DNA of 64,000 bases from contig DASTYI010000112.1 of NCBI GenBank assembly GCA_035765045.1, positions 3,600-67,599 on the forward strand. The letters are read 5' to 3'. The position numbers were made by a program, and so were the translations under genes. The first letter of the stretch is position 1. Each line of letters opens with the position of its first letter. Shown piece after piece: positions 18,819 through 28,773 of the stretch. The notes under the pieces were generated by a model that was not told the origin of the DNA, did no database searches, and saw only the letters and a list, made by a program, of their open reading frames with translations. Source of the DNA: Iamia sp. Lineage in GTDB: Bacteria > Actinomycetota > Acidimicrobiia > Acidimicrobiales > Iamiaceae.

Positions 18819-20489
18819 CTACTCGACGCCCAGGTAGTAGGGGTACAGCGGCTGGCCGCCGTGGATGACCTCGGCCTCGACGGCGGGCCGCTCGTCGGAC
18901 AGCCACGACGTGATCCGCCGGGTGACGGCGGCCGAGGCGCCCTCGCCCTCGATCAACGTGACGATCTCGTGGTCGTCGTCGACGAGCACGTCGAGCAGGC
19001 CGCACACCACGTCGCCGAGGTCGGCCCCGACGACCTTGATGCCGTCGCGGGCGATGCCGATCCAGTCGCCGGTGGCGATCGGCCCGGCGTCCGACGACGA
19101 GTCGCGCACCGCCTGGGTGACCTCGCCGGCCACCACGGCGCCCACCGCCGCGCCCATCGAGGCCGCGTTGGCGGCCGAGTCGGCCTCGGGGTCGTAGGCG
19201 ACCAGGGCGGCGACGCCCTCGGCCACCCCCCGGGTGGGGACGACGACGACCGGCTTGGACGCCAGGGCGTCGACCTGCTCGGCCACCGGGACGATGTTCT
19301 TGTTGTTGGGGAGGAGGACGACCTCGTCCGCCGCGGTGGACTCGACGGCGGCGACGAGGTCCTGGGTCGACGGGTTCATCGTCTGGCCCCCGGCCACGAC
19401 GACCTGGACCCCCATCGACTGGAACAGCCGGCGCACCCCGTCGCCCACGGCCACGGCGACGACGGCGGTGGGCACGTGCTCCAGCTCGGGCGGCGGCTCC
19501 GACGCCGCCGCCTCGGTGCCCTCCCGCACCCAGCGCTCCTCCTCGACCTGCTCCATCAGGTCGGTGACCCGGATGTTGCGGGGCCGGCCGATGTCGACGG
19601 CGGCCTCGATCGAGGCGCCGATGTCGTCGGTGTGGATGTGGCAGTTCCAGAGGCCGTCGCCGCCGACGACGACGATCGAGTCGCCGATCGTGCCCCACAC
19701 CTTCTTGAAGGCCGGGATGCACTCGTCGGGCGTCTCGAGGAAGTACATGACCTCGTAGCGGAGGTCGCCGACCTCGTGGCCGTCGTGGTCGCCGGCGTCG
19801 GCGTGGTCGCGCAGGGCGTCGAGGTCGGCCCCGGCCACGGCGTCCTCGTCGGGGGGCGTGGGCAGCGGCCGGCCGTCGGCGACGTGGAGGAGGGCGTCGA
19901 GCAGGAGGAGGAGGCCGGTGCCGCCCGAGTCGACCACCCCGGCCTGCTTGAGCACCGGGAGCATGTCGGGCGTGCGGGCCAGGGCGTCGCGGCCCTGGGT
20001 GAGCGCGGCCTCGCCCACCTCGACCAGGGTGCAGTCGGGTGCCCCCGCGACGCAGGCCTCGGCCGCCTCGGCCGCCTCGCGGATGACGGTGAGGATCGTC
20101 CCCTCGACCGGCCGGGGCACGGCTCCGTAGGCCCCGTCGGAGGCGGCGCGCAGCGCCCGGGCCAGCACCGGGCCGTCGAGCCCGTCGGCCTCGGCCACGC
20201 TGACGGCCACGCCCCGGAGGATCCCCGACAGCAGCACGCCGCTGTTGCCCCGGGCGCCCATCAGCGAGCCGTGGCTGATCGCCTTGCAGGTCGAGGCCAG
20301 GTCGGCGTCGGCCCCCTCCAGCTCGCCGACGACCGACTCGAGGGTGAGCGCCATGTTGGTGCCGGTGTCGCCGTCGGGCACCGGGTAGACGTTGAGCCGG
20401 TTGACGAGGGCCTGGTGCGAGCGCAGGGCGTCCCGGAAGGCCGCCACCACGCGCCGGATCTCGTCGGCGCCGAGGCGGGTCGTCGTCAT
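18819..20489 (-). CDS. DAK2 domain protein (fatty acid kinase FakA/YloV family)
   Basis: LNVYPVPDGDTGTNM, GARGNSG, GGQTMNPS and GGQPLY motifs; conserved rpmB/recG synteny. Confidence 0.95.
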   Translation of the reverse strand: MTTTRLGADEIRRVVAAFRDALRSHQALVNRLNVYPVPDGDTGTNMALTLESVVGELEGADADLASTCKAISHGSLMGARGNSGVLLSGILRGVAVSVAEADGLDGPVLARALRAASDGAYGAVPRPVEGTILTVIREAAEAAEACVAGAPDCTLVEVGEAALTQGRDALARTPDMLPVLKQAGVVDSGGTGLLLLLDALLHVADGRPLPTPPDEDAVAGADLDALRDHADAGDHDGHEVGDLRYEVMYFLETPDECIPAFKKVWGTIGDSIVVVGGDGLWNCHIHTDDIGASIEAAVDIGRPRNIRVTDLMEQVEEERWVREGTEAAASEPPPELEHVPTAVVAVAVGDGVRRLFQSMGVQVVVAGGQTMNPSTQDLVAAVESTAADEVVLLPNNKNIVPVAEQVDALASKPVVVVPTRGVAEGVAALVAYDPEADSAANAASMGAAVGAVVAGEVTQAVRDSSSDAGPIATGDWIGIARDGIKVVGADLGDVVCGLLDVLVDDDHEIVTLIEGEGASAAVTRRITSWLSDERPAVEAEVIHGGQPLYPYYLGVE

Positions 20490-20617
20490 GGCGAGGGAGA
20501 CTATGCGTCGTCCGGGTCCGCCCCCCAGCCCTCGGGTTTGTGGTCCCCCTCCGCGCCCCGTAGCGTTGCCAGGTCCCCGGACGGTCCGAGACGACGAAGT
20601 GATGAGGTTCCTGGACG

Positions 20618-20833
20618 ATGGCATCGACGTGTGAGGTCTGCGGCAAGAAGCCGTCGTTCGGCAAGAGCGTCAGCCACTCGCACCGGCGCACCAACCGGCG
20701 CTGGAACCCGAACATCCAGCGGGTGCGGGCCGTGATCGGTGGCACCACCAAGCGGATCGACGTGTGCACCAGCTGCATCCGGGCCGGCAAGATCACCAAG
20801 GCCGCCCGCATCAAGCGGCCGGTCGAGGCCTGA
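20618..20833 (+). CDS. rpmB: 50S ribosomal protein L28 (zinc-binding CxxC/CxxC form)
   Basis: [26 protein letters not shown]. Confidence 0.97.
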   Translation: MASTCEVCGKKPSFGKSVSHSHRRTNRRWNPNIQRVRAVIGGTTKRIDVCTSCIRAGKITKAARIKRPVEA

Positions 20834-20929
20834 ACCGGGCCTGACGAGCGCATCGCTCCACATGGAAGGTCGACCTAACGGCCCGGTACCCTGGGCACGG
20901 TCGACGAGGCGACACGAGGTGAGCCCGAC

Positions 20930-21283
20930 GTGCAAGGCGTGATCAAGTCCTACGACCCCGGGACGGGCGATGGGGTCGTGGTGCGCGACACCGACCTGGT
21001 CGACGTCGACCTGGCGCGTGGGGCCCTCGAGGGCTCGGTCTTCCGGATGCTCCGGCAGGGCCAGCGGGTCGTGTTCGACCTCGACGGCGAGGGGAGGGCC
21101 ACGGCCCTCCGGCTCGGGTCGGAGGTCGACATGGGCACGCCCGGGTTCCCGCGCCACGGGGCCCCGGTCGAGCCCCTGCCCCCCGGCTCGCTGCCCGACG
21201 ACAACCGACCGAGCGCCCTCGTCGACGAGGACGCCAGCACCCACAGCACTCCCACCAAGGTGGCGGACGACCCTTCGTCCTGA
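20930..21283 (+). CDS. Cold-shock/OB-fold-like small protein
   Basis: [27 protein letters not shown] resembles the CSD fold; GAGGTG RBS. Confidence 0.7.
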   Translation: MQGVIKSYDPGTGDGVVVRDTDLVDVDLARGALEGSVFRMLRQGQRVVFDLDGEGRATALRLGSEVDMGTPGFPRHGAPVEPLPPGSLPDDNRPSALVDEDASTHSTPTKVADDPSS

Positions 21284-21312
21284 GCCGCCTCGAACCCTGG
21301 AGAACCAACAGA

Positions 21313-23121
21313 ATGACCGCCACCACCGGCAACCAGAAGCTCAAGGACTGGGTCGAGGAGTGGAGGGGGGTCTTCGGGGCCGCCGACGTCCACTGGTGCG
21401 ACGGCTCGGCCGAGGAGTACGACCGGCTCTGCGCCGAGCTCGTGGCCGGTGGCACGTTCAAGACGCTCAACGAGGCCAAGCGGCCCAACAGCTACCTGGC
21501 GCTGTCCGACCCCGGTGACGTGGCCCGGGTCGAGGACCGCACGTTCATCTGCTCCGAGCAGGAGATCGACGCCGGCCCCACCAACAACTGGCGGGCGCCC
21601 GACGAGATGAAGGCCGAGCTGCTGGAGCACTACCGGGGCTCGATGAAGGGCCGGACGCTGTACGTCGTCCCCTTCTCGATGGGCCCGCTGGGCTCGCCGA
21701 TCGCCCACATCGGCGTCCAGCTGACCGACTCGCCCTACGTGGCGGTCAGCATGCGGATCATGACCCGCATGGGCCAGGGCGCCCTCGACGTCCTCGGCGA
21801 CGGCGAGTGGGTCCGCTGCCTCCACTCGGTCGGCTACCCGCTGGAGCTGGCCGACGGCACCACCCGGCCCGACGTCCCGTGGCCGTGCGACGCCGACAAC
21901 AAGTACATCTCGCACTTCCCGGCCACCAACGAGATCTGGAGCTACGGCTCGGGCTACGGCGGCAACGCCCTGCTCGGCAAGAAGTGCTTCGCCCTCCGCA
22001 TCGCCTCGACGATGGCCCGCGACGAGGGCTGGATGGCCGAGCACATGCTGATCGTCGGGGTCACCAACCCCGAGGGCGTGAAGCGCTACATCGCGGCGGC
22101 GTTCCCGTCGGCCTGCGGCAAGACCAACATGGCCATGCTCATCCCCACCCTGCCGGGCTGGACGTGCGAGACCGTGGGCGACGACATCGCCTGGATGAAG
22201 CACGGCGAGGACGGCCGGCTCTACGCCATCAACCCGGAGGCCGGCTTCTTCGGCGTCGCCCCCGGCACCGGCGAGAAGACGAACCACAACGCGGTCGAGA
22301 CCCTCCACGCCAACTGCATCTTCACCAACGTGGCCGAGACCGACGACGGCGACGTCTGGTGGGAGGGCCTCACCGAGGAGCCCCCGGCCCACGCCATCGA
22401 CTGGAAGGGCAACGACTGGACGCCCGAGTCGTCCACCCCCGCCGCCCACCCCAACGCCCGCTTCACCGCCCCGGCGTCGCAGTGCCCGTCGATCGCCCCC
22501 GAGTGGGAGGATCCGAAGGGCGTGCCGATCTCGGCCATCCTCTTCGGCGGCCGCCGGGCCACCAACGTCCCGCTGGTGACCGAGGCCTTCGACTGGCAGC
22601 AGGGCACCTTCCTCGGCTCGATCATGAGCTCGGAGAAGACGGCGGCGGCCGCCGGCACGATCGGCGAGGTCCGCTTCGACCCCTTCGCCATGCTCCCCTT
22701 CATGGGCTACAACGCCGGCGACTACATGAAGCACTGGCTCGACATCGGCGAGGCCACCGACGACGACAAGCTGCCCAAGCTCTACTGGGTCAACTGGTTC
22801 CGCAAGGGCGAGGACGGCTCGTTCCTGTGGCCCGGCTTCGGTGAGAACAGCCGGGTGCTCAAGTGGGTCTTCGAGCGACTGGAGGGCACCGCCGACGCCG
22901 TCGACACCGCCATCGGCCGGGTCCCGACGCCCGAGTCGCTCGACACCAGCGGCCTCGACGACGTCTCGGGGGAGACGCTGGCCGAGCTGCTCAAGGTCGA
23001 CAACGACGCCTGGCGGGGCGAGATCCCGCTGATCGAGGAGCACTTCGCCTTCATCGGCGAGCGTCTCCCGACCGAGATGGCCGACGAGCTCCGCGAGCTC
23101 GAGAAGCGCCTGGCCGACTGA
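21313..23121 (+). CDS. pckG: Phosphoenolpyruvate carboxykinase (GTP)
   Basis: [35 protein letters not shown] and HPNARF motifs. Confidence 0.97.
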   Translation: MTATTGNQKLKDWVEEWRGVFGAADVHWCDGSAEEYDRLCAELVAGGTFKTLNEAKRPNSYLALSDPGDVARVEDRTFICSEQEIDAGPTNNWRAPDEMKAELLEHYRGSMKGRTLYVVPFSMGPLGSPIAHIGVQLTDSPYVAVSMRIMTRMGQGALDVLGDGEWVRCLHSVGYPLELADGTTRPDVPWPCDADNKYISHFPATNEIWSYGSGYGGNALLGKKCFALRIASTMARDEGWMAEHMLIVGVTNPEGVKRYIAAAFPSACGKTNMAMLIPTLPGWTCETVGDDIAWMKHGEDGRLYAINPEAGFFGVAPGTGEKTNHNAVETLHANCIFTNVAETDDGDVWWEGLTEEPPAHAIDWKGNDWTPESSTPAAHPNARFTAPASQCPSIAPEWEDPKGVPISAILFGGRRATNVPLVTEAFDWQQGTFLGSIMSSEKTAAAAGTIGEVRFDPFAMLPFMGYNAGDYMKHWLDIGEATDDDKLPKLYWVNWFRKGEDGSFLWPGFGENSRVLKWVFERLEGTADAVDTAIGRVPTPESLDTSGLDDVSGETLAELLKVDNDAWRGEIPLIEEHFAFIGERLPTEMADELRELEKRLAD

Positions 23122-23142
23122 GCCGGTCGACCGCCGTTCGCG

Positions 23143-23170
23143 CGGAGCCCGCCCCCCGGGGCGGGCTCCG
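23143..23170. terminator. GC-rich hairpin, probable terminator after pckG
   Basis: CGGAGCCCGCCC..GGGCGGGCTCCG between convergent genes. Confidence 0.75.
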
Positions 23171-23181
23171 TCGCGTCCGGG

Positions 23182-23454
23182 CTAGGGCGACGGGGGGAGG
23201 CCGTCGCCGAGCAGGCCCCGCTCCTGGAGGGCGACGACCAGCTGGCACATCTCGGTCATGTACTCGGGGCGGGTGATCTCGCCCGCCTCGTGGCGCATCC
23301 GCACGTCGTGGAGGACGGCCTGGGCCAGGTGCTCGGCCAGGCGGGAGAACACCCGGTCGCCCACGTCCATCCCGGCGGCGAGGAGCGGGAGCAGGCTCAA
23401 CACCTCGTCGATCTCGGCGTCGAGGGCGGCGGGGAGGGTCCAGATGTCGGCCAC
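23182..23454 (-). CDS. Hypothetical helical protein (start uncertain)
   Basis: GC3-biased frame VADIWTLPAALDAEIDEV..; ORF is open up to 23574. Confidence 0.55.
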   Translation of the reverse strand: MADIWTLPAALDAEIDEVLSLLPLLAAGMDVGDRVFSRLAEHLAQAVLHDVRMRHEAGEITRPEYMTEMCQLVVALQERGLLGDGLPPSP

Positions 23455-23590
23455 GGAGGGAGGTTCGCCGTCACCGGCGGTGGTCCTGTCGGGCGCCGCC
23501 AACCGCCGGCGGGGGCGCCATCGGGTCCCGCCCCGACCGTCGCCAGCCCCTGCCTGTACGATCGCGCCGCCCATCCACCGAGGAGGACCC

Positions 23591-23827
23591 GTGGCCGTCA
23601 GCGCCTACATCCTGATCCAGACCGAGGTCGGCAAGGCGGCCCAGGTGGCCGAGGAGGTCGCGCAGATCTCGGGGATCACCTCGGCCGAGGGGGTCACCGG
23701 CAGCTACGACGTGATCGCCCGAGCGGAGTCCGACACCGTCGACGACCTCGGGAAGATGGTCGTGTCGCGGGTCCAGCTGGTCGAGGGGATCACCCGCACC
23801 GTCACCTGCCCGGTGGTGCACCTCTGA
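23591..23827 (+). CDS. Stand-alone Lrp/AsnC ligand-binding domain protein
   Basis: AYILIQTEVGK..VTGSYDVIAR..GITRTVTCPVV; AGGAGG RBS. Confidence 0.92.
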   Translation: MAVSAYILIQTEVGKAAQVAEEVAQISGITSAEGVTGSYDVIARAESDTVDDLGKMVVSRVQLVEGITRTVTCPVVHL

Positions 23828-23936
23828 CCAGGGCCTGAGCGACCGCCCCGGATCGGGCCCGGGGGCGACTGGAACAGATGTTGCGATCCCGTTACGGTTC
23901 GTCATCGAATCGTCATCGACCCCCGGGATCCCCTCC

Positions 23937-24407
23937 GTGCTCACACGTGCTCGCGCCGTCGCCGCCACCGCTGTCCTCCCCCTCGTCCTCGTCGCCGGCC
24001 TGCTCGCCGGCTGCACCCCCGGCCAGAGCGCCGTCGACCACGCCCGCCAGCAGATCGGCCGGCCCTACACCTACGGCGGCTCGACACCGAGCAGCGGCTT
24101 CGACTGCTCGGGGCTGACCACCTGGGCCTGGAAGCAGGCCGGGGTCACGTCGATGCCCCGCACCTCGCGCGACCAGCACGCCTGGGCCGACGAGATCGAG
24201 CGGTCCGAGCTGCGTCCGGGCGACCTCGTCTTCTACAGCTCGGGCGGGCCCGACGGCACCGTCAGCCACGTCGCCCTCTACGCCGGCGACGGCCGGATCA
24301 TCCACGCCTCCAGCAGCAACGACGAGGTCCAGGAGGCCTCGGTCGACTACTGGAAGGGCCACCTCGTCGGCTACGGCCGCATCCCCGAGAGCGCCCTGCC
24401 CGACTGA
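23937..24407 (+). CDS. NlpC/P60 (C40) cell-wall peptidase, lipoprotein
   Basis: LAGC lipobox; PYTYGG, FDCSGL, HVALY and IIHA motifs. Confidence 0.92.
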   Translation: MLTRARAVAATAVLPLVLVAGLLAGCTPGQSAVDHARQQIGRPYTYGGSTPSSGFDCSGLTTWAWKQAGVTSMPRTSRDQHAWADEIERSELRPGDLVFYSSGGPDGTVSHVALYAGDGRIIHASSSNDEVQEASVDYWKGHLVGYGRIPESALPD

Positions 24408-24476
24408 TCGCCGACGCTGGGGGCCCGGGCAACGGAGCCCCGCCCCCGGCGTCGGGCCCCTCGCGGGAACCCCGTA

Positions 24477-24520
24477 CTGGCGATCGGATCCGACGGCTTC
24501 CCGTCGGATCTGATCGCCAG
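24477..24520. repeat. REP-like hairpin (family A, copy 2)
   Basis: 43 of 44 nt identical to 1627-1670; lies between convergent genes. Confidence 0.9.
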
Positions 24521-24541
24521 CTGCGGAGAGGGCGGGGGGGT

Positions 24542-25875
24542 TCAGTCGTCGATGCGGGGGGCGCGGCGGCCGCCGAGCTGGATCCAGCCCTCGCCGCAGC
24601 GGAGGGTCTGGACGCCGCCGGGGGCGTCGAGGCTGACGGCGTCGGTGGGGCCGGTGAAGCCGAAGGTGATCGGCGGGTCGGGGGGCGGCTGCCAGCCGAC
24701 GTCGGTGCGGGCCTCGGTGGTGACCCGGATCGTGGCCGGGGCCTCGCCGGGGGTCACGGTGAGGACGCCGAAGGCGTGGAGGTAGCGACCGGCGACCCGG
24801 TCGGCCGCAACCGGGGCCTCGGGATCGGGCTCGGGGTCGCGGACGACGATGCCGCAGGTGCGCTCCAGGGCCCAGCGGCGCACGACCCGGTTGACCACCC
24901 CGTCGGTGGCGTGGTTGACGACGGCGACGACGACGCCCCGCTCGGGCACGACGCAGAAGGTCGTGCAGTAGCCGACGGTCAGCCCGCCGTGGCCGATGAC
25001 GGTGACGCCGTCGTGGACGCTCACCTCCCAGTCGAGCCCGGCCGAGGCCACCGCATCCATCTCGACCACCGGGGTGTGGAGCCGGGTGAGGGTGGCCGGG
25101 TCGAGCACGGCGGTGCCGTCGTCGGCCCGGCCGTCGAGCTGGAACCGGCCCCAGCGCAGCAGGTGGGGCACGGTGGCGACCAGCCCGCCGGCGGCCCGGT
25201 CGAGGGCGCTCAGCTCCCAGCCCGCCTGCCACCCGGCCCGGCGGAGGACGACCGAGGCATCGCCCACGACCCAGTGGGGCACGGCCACCGGCCGGGTGAT
25301 CGCCTCGTCGGCGGTGAAGCAGGCGCCGGTCAGCCCGAGGGGGACGAGCAGCCGACGCCGGACGACCTCCTCGTACGGCTCCCCGGCCACGGCGGCGACC
25401 AGGGCGCCGGCCAGGCTGAAGGCGGCGTTGCTGTAGGAGAACCCCTCCCCCGGGGCGAACAGGGGCCGGGCGGCGGCGAGGACGGCGAGGTCGGGGCTGT
25501 CGGGGTGGGTGAGGATGTGGTCGCCGTCGAAGCCCGAGCGGTGGCTGAGGAGCTGCTCGACGGTGATGGCCTCCAGGTCGACCCCGGGGGCGAGGGCGAC
25601 GGCCAGCTCGGGCAGGTGGCGGCGACGGGATCGTCCCAGCCGACCGCCCCCTCCTCGACCAGCAGGGCCACGGCGGCCGAGGTGAACGTCTTGGTCACCG
25701 AGCCGACCTGGAACAGGTGGTCGGCGGTCAGGGCCACCCCGGTCTCGACGCTGGCCACCCCGTGGGCGGCGACGTGGGCCTCCCCGTCGACCCACACCCC
25801 GGCCACCGCCCCCGGCAGCCCCCGCTCCTCCACCGCGGCGGCGAGGGTCCCGGCGAGGTCGGTGGTGAGGCTCAT
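24542..25875 (-). pseudogene. Serine hydrolase (beta-lactamase family) split by a 1-nt frameshift near 25620
   Basis: N-terminal part (SVTK motif) and C-terminal part (LLSH, YSN, HGG) lie in different frames; WDDPVA/RHLPE junction lacks one base. Confidence 0.8.
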
Positions 25876-26246
25876 CGGTGGAGGATCATGGCGCGGATGC
25901 CGAGGCCCATCAGGAACAGGCCACCGAGGCCGTAGAGCAGGTACACCTTGTCCCGGATCTGGTTCCGGTACGAGTAGATGATCGCCACCGCGAACAGGCC
26001 CGAGAAGCCGTAGAGCGTGTGGAACTGGGTGGGCTCGACGTCCTCGACGTTCTGGTAGGCGACGCCCAGGCCGACCTGGACGAAGATCGCCACCTCGACG
26101 ATGGCCGTGAAGACCCACAGGGGCCGGCCCCGCAGGGCCTCGACCTTGTGGGCGGCGAGGGCCCACACGCCGGCCACGCCATTGCCCACCACCACGACCC
26201 AGGCCCCGACGTCGTGGGCCGAGGCGAGGGCGGAGGCGAGGACCAC
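25872..26246 (-). CDS. Small integral membrane protein (about 4 TM helices)
   Basis: Hydrophobic segments; FHTLYG; ATGA overlap with downstream gene. Confidence 0.75.
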   Translation of the reverse strand: MVLASALASAHDVGAWVVVVGNGVAGVWALAAHKVEALRGRPLWVFTAIVEVAIFVQVGLGVAYQNVEDVEPTQFHTLYGFSGLFAVAIIYSYRNQIRDKVYLLYGLGGLFLMGLGIRAMILHR

Positions 26247-26253
26247 CGCCGGG

Positions 26254-26586
26254 CTAGGCGGCGGGCGTCGAGCCGCCGGCCGGCTTGTAGGCCCAGACCT
26301 CGCTGGCCACCGACACGGGGGGCTTGGCCTCGCCGCCGGCGCGCTCCGAGGCGTCGCGGTGGCCGTGGCCGAAGGCGGGGCTGTTCATCCAGGCCTCGAA
26401 CGACTCCTGGTCCCTCCACCGGGTGACGACGAGCCACTGGTCGCGGCCGTCGGTGGGCTGGAGCAGCTCGAAGCCCTCGAAGCCCTCCTGGCCGTCGACG
26501 GCGCCGGCCCGGGCCGCGAACCGCTTCGCCAGCTCGTCGCCGCTGTCGGCGGGCACGGTGATGGCGTTGATGATGACGATGCTCAT
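26254..26586 (-). CDS. ABM-family monooxygenase, MhuD/IsdG-like heme-degrading candidate
   Basis: IINAITVP..RFAARAGAVD..GFEGFELL..VVTRW..FEAW..GH: Asn, Trp and His placed as in MhuD. Confidence 0.85.
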   Translation of the reverse strand: MSIVIINAITVPADSGDELAKRFAARAGAVDGQEGFEGFELLQPTDGRDQWLVVTRWRDQESFEAWMNSPAFGHGHRDASERAGGEAKPPVSVASEVWAYKPAGGSTPAA

Positions 26587-27947
26587 GGCGGAGGCGGCTC
26601 CTGCTCGGGGGGACGCTGGGACCGTAGACGGCTCCTGGCCGTGGCGACGAGGAGGGAGCGGGTCGGCGTCGGGTCCGGGTCGGTGGGGGGCGGCGGCTCG
26701 GCCTCGGCGGCCGGGATCCAGAGGGTGAACGTCGAGCCGCCCCGGGCGTTGCCGGCCAGGCGGACGGCCCCGCCGTGGAGGGCGGCGACCTGGCGGACGA
26801 TGGCCAGGCCCAGCCCGCTGCGGCCCTCGGCCCGGGCCCGCTGCGGGTCGCCCCGCCAGAACCGCTCGAAGACCCGGTCGCGGTCCTCGGGGGCGATGCC
26901 GGGGCCGGCGTCGTCGACGGCGATCCAGGCCCACGGCCCGTCGCGCCCGGCGGCGAGGCGGATGGCGGTGCCCTCGGGGGCGAGGCGGACGGCGTTGGCG
27001 ACCAGGTTGGCCACCGCCTGGCGGAGGGCGACGCGGTCGCCGACCACGCCGACCGGGGGGCGGCCCGGCGCCGGCTCGGCGGCCAGGTCGAGGTGGCGGG
27101 CCTGGGCGCTGACGGCGAAGTCGGCCACGGCGTCGGCGACCACCTCGTCGAGGTCGACCGGCCCCACCTCGCGCACCGGCGCCCCCTCGCGGACGTAGGT
27201 GAGGAGGTCGTCGACGAGGACGCTCATCCGGGCCGTCGAGCGGTTGACGACCTCGGCGGTGGCCCGCAGGTCCTCGACGGTGGCGTCGGGGTCGTCGAGC
27301 GTGACCTCGAGGTTGGTGCGGATCACGGCCAGCGGGTTGCGCAGCTCGTGCGACGCCTCCTGGATGAACCGGCGCTGCTGCTCGAAGGCCTCGTCGAGCC
27401 GGCCGAGCATGTCGTCGAAGGTGTCGGCCAGGTCCTTGAGCTCGTCGGGCGGGCCCCGCAGGTCGATGCGCCGGGCCAGGTCGGTGGCCTGGATGTCGCG
27501 GGCCACGGCGGTGATGCGGTCGATGGGGGCGAGCACCCGGCCGGCGATCAGCCAGCCGACGCCGAGGCTGGCGACGAAGAGCAGCCCGAGGGCCCACACG
27601 CTGTAGCCCTTGAGCAGCTGGAGCGAGCGCCGGTTGACCTCCTCCTCGAACGACACCAGGTCGGAGGTCTCGACCTGCTCGATGACCTGGCTGCCGTCGG
27701 GCCGGATCTGGACGAAGATCCCCGACCCGGTCCGGGCGACCGAGTCGTCGTCGAGCTTGGCCGCGATGGCGAGGTAGATCCCGCCGAGCAGGGCGGCGGC
27801 CAGCCCGAAGAGCACCAGCGAGTACAGGACGGTGAGGCGGAACCGGATCGACCCCATCCAGTCGGGCAGGCGGAGGGCGACCTGCTCGATGCGCGGAGTC
27901 GTCATCCGGCTCGACGTGCCCGACCCCGGTTGCCGGGTGGTGGTCAC
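26583..27947 (-). CDS. HAMP sensor histidine kinase (CutS-like)
   Basis: Two TM helices, HAMP, ASHELRNPL H-box, NLVANA, DAGPGI and GLGLAI motifs. Confidence 0.93.
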   Translation of the reverse strand: MTTTRQPGSGTSSRMTTPRIEQVALRLPDWMGSIRFRLTVLYSLVLFGLAAALLGGIYLAIAAKLDDDSVARTGSGIFVQIRPDGSQVIEQVETSDLVSFEEEVNRRSLQLLKGYSVWALGLLFVASLGVGWLIAGRVLAPIDRITAVARDIQATDLARRIDLRGPPDELKDLADTFDDMLGRLDEAFEQQRRFIQEASHELRNPLAVIRTNLEVTLDDPDATVEDLRATAEVVNRSTARMSVLVDDLLTYVREGAPVREVGPVDLDEVVADAVADFAVSAQARHLDLAAEPAPGRPPVGVVGDRVALRQAVANLVANAVRLAPEGTAIRLAAGRDGPWAWIAVDDAGPGIAPEDRDRVFERFWRGDPQRARAEGRSGLGLAIVRQVAALHGGAVRLAGNARGGSTFTLWIPAAEAEPPPPTDPDPTPTRSLLVATARSRLRSQRPPEQEPPPP

Positions 27948-28651
27948 GAGACGTCGTCCCGGTCGAGGAGCCGGTAGCCCCGCCCCACCACGGTCTCGAT
28001 CAGCGGGGTCTCGCCGTCGACCTGGAGCTTCCGGCGCAGCGTCCCCACCGTCACCCGGACGGTGTTGGTGAAGGGGTCGGCGTGCTCGTCCCAGACGTGC
28101 TCGAGCAGCCGCTCCTGGCTCATGACGTGGCCCGGGTGGGCCATGAAGTAGCGGAGGAGGGCGAACTCCTTGGCCGTCAGGTCGAGGCGGCGGTCGCCCC
28201 GCCAGGCCTCGAAGCGGGCGGCGTCGAGGCGCAGCGGGCCGACCCGGACCTCGGCGGTGGTGCGCCCGGCGTCGCGCCGCAGCAGCGAGCGGATCCGGGC
28301 CGACACCTCGGCGAAGGAGAACGGCTTCACCAGGTAGTCGTCGGCGCCCTCGTCGAGCCCGGCGACCCGCTCGTCGATGGCGTCGCGGGCGGTCAGCATC
28401 AGGATGCGGGGCGCCCCGACCTCCTCGTCGGGCTGGAGCGCCGGGTCGGTGCGGATCCGCCGGCACAGGACCAGCCCGTCGGTGTCGGGCAGGTTGAGGT
28501 CGAGGCAGACCACGTCGTAGGCGGTGAGCTGGAGCCGCTCGACGGCCCCGGCCCCGTCGTGGGCGACGTCGACGGCGTAGCCCTCGCGGCGGAGACCCCG
28601 GGCCAGGGCCTCGGCCAGGTCGACCTCGTCCTCGACGACCAGCAGACGCAC
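27944..28651 (-). CDS. OmpR-family response regulator (CutR-like)
   Basis: VVEDE, LDLNLP, GADDYLVKPF and ADPFTNTVRVTV motifs. Confidence 0.94.
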   Translation of the reverse strand: MRLLVVEDEVDLAEALARGLRREGYAVDVAHDGAGAVERLQLTAYDVVCLDLNLPDTDGLVLCRRIRTDPALQPDEEVGAPRILMLTARDAIDERVAGLDEGADDYLVKPFSFAEVSARIRSLLRRDAGRTTAEVRVGPLRLDAARFEAWRGDRRLDLTAKEFALLRYFMAHPGHVMSQERLLEHVWDEHADPFTNTVRVTVGTLRRKLQVDGETPLIETVVGRGYRLLDRDDVS

Positions 28652-28773
28652 CCGGACCAGGGTAGGAGCAGCGGCCGAAAGGTGAGGTGAGAGCCCCCCG
28701 GATCACCCGCCCTGCCGGTCGGGGCGGCCGTCGCTGCCTCTAGCCTGGCCGCGACCCCTGACCCGGAGGACCG

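Noticed and set aside
15849-20735. 1628-aa plus-strand ORF and other long Arg/Pro/Gly-rich ORFs in the track
   Set aside because: Shadow or off-frame ORFs overlapping well-supported genes (recG, DUF2332, DAK2)
23870-23885. SOS-like TGGAAC-AGAT-GTTGCG upstream of NlpC/P60
   Set aside because: Too many mismatches to the LexA consensus
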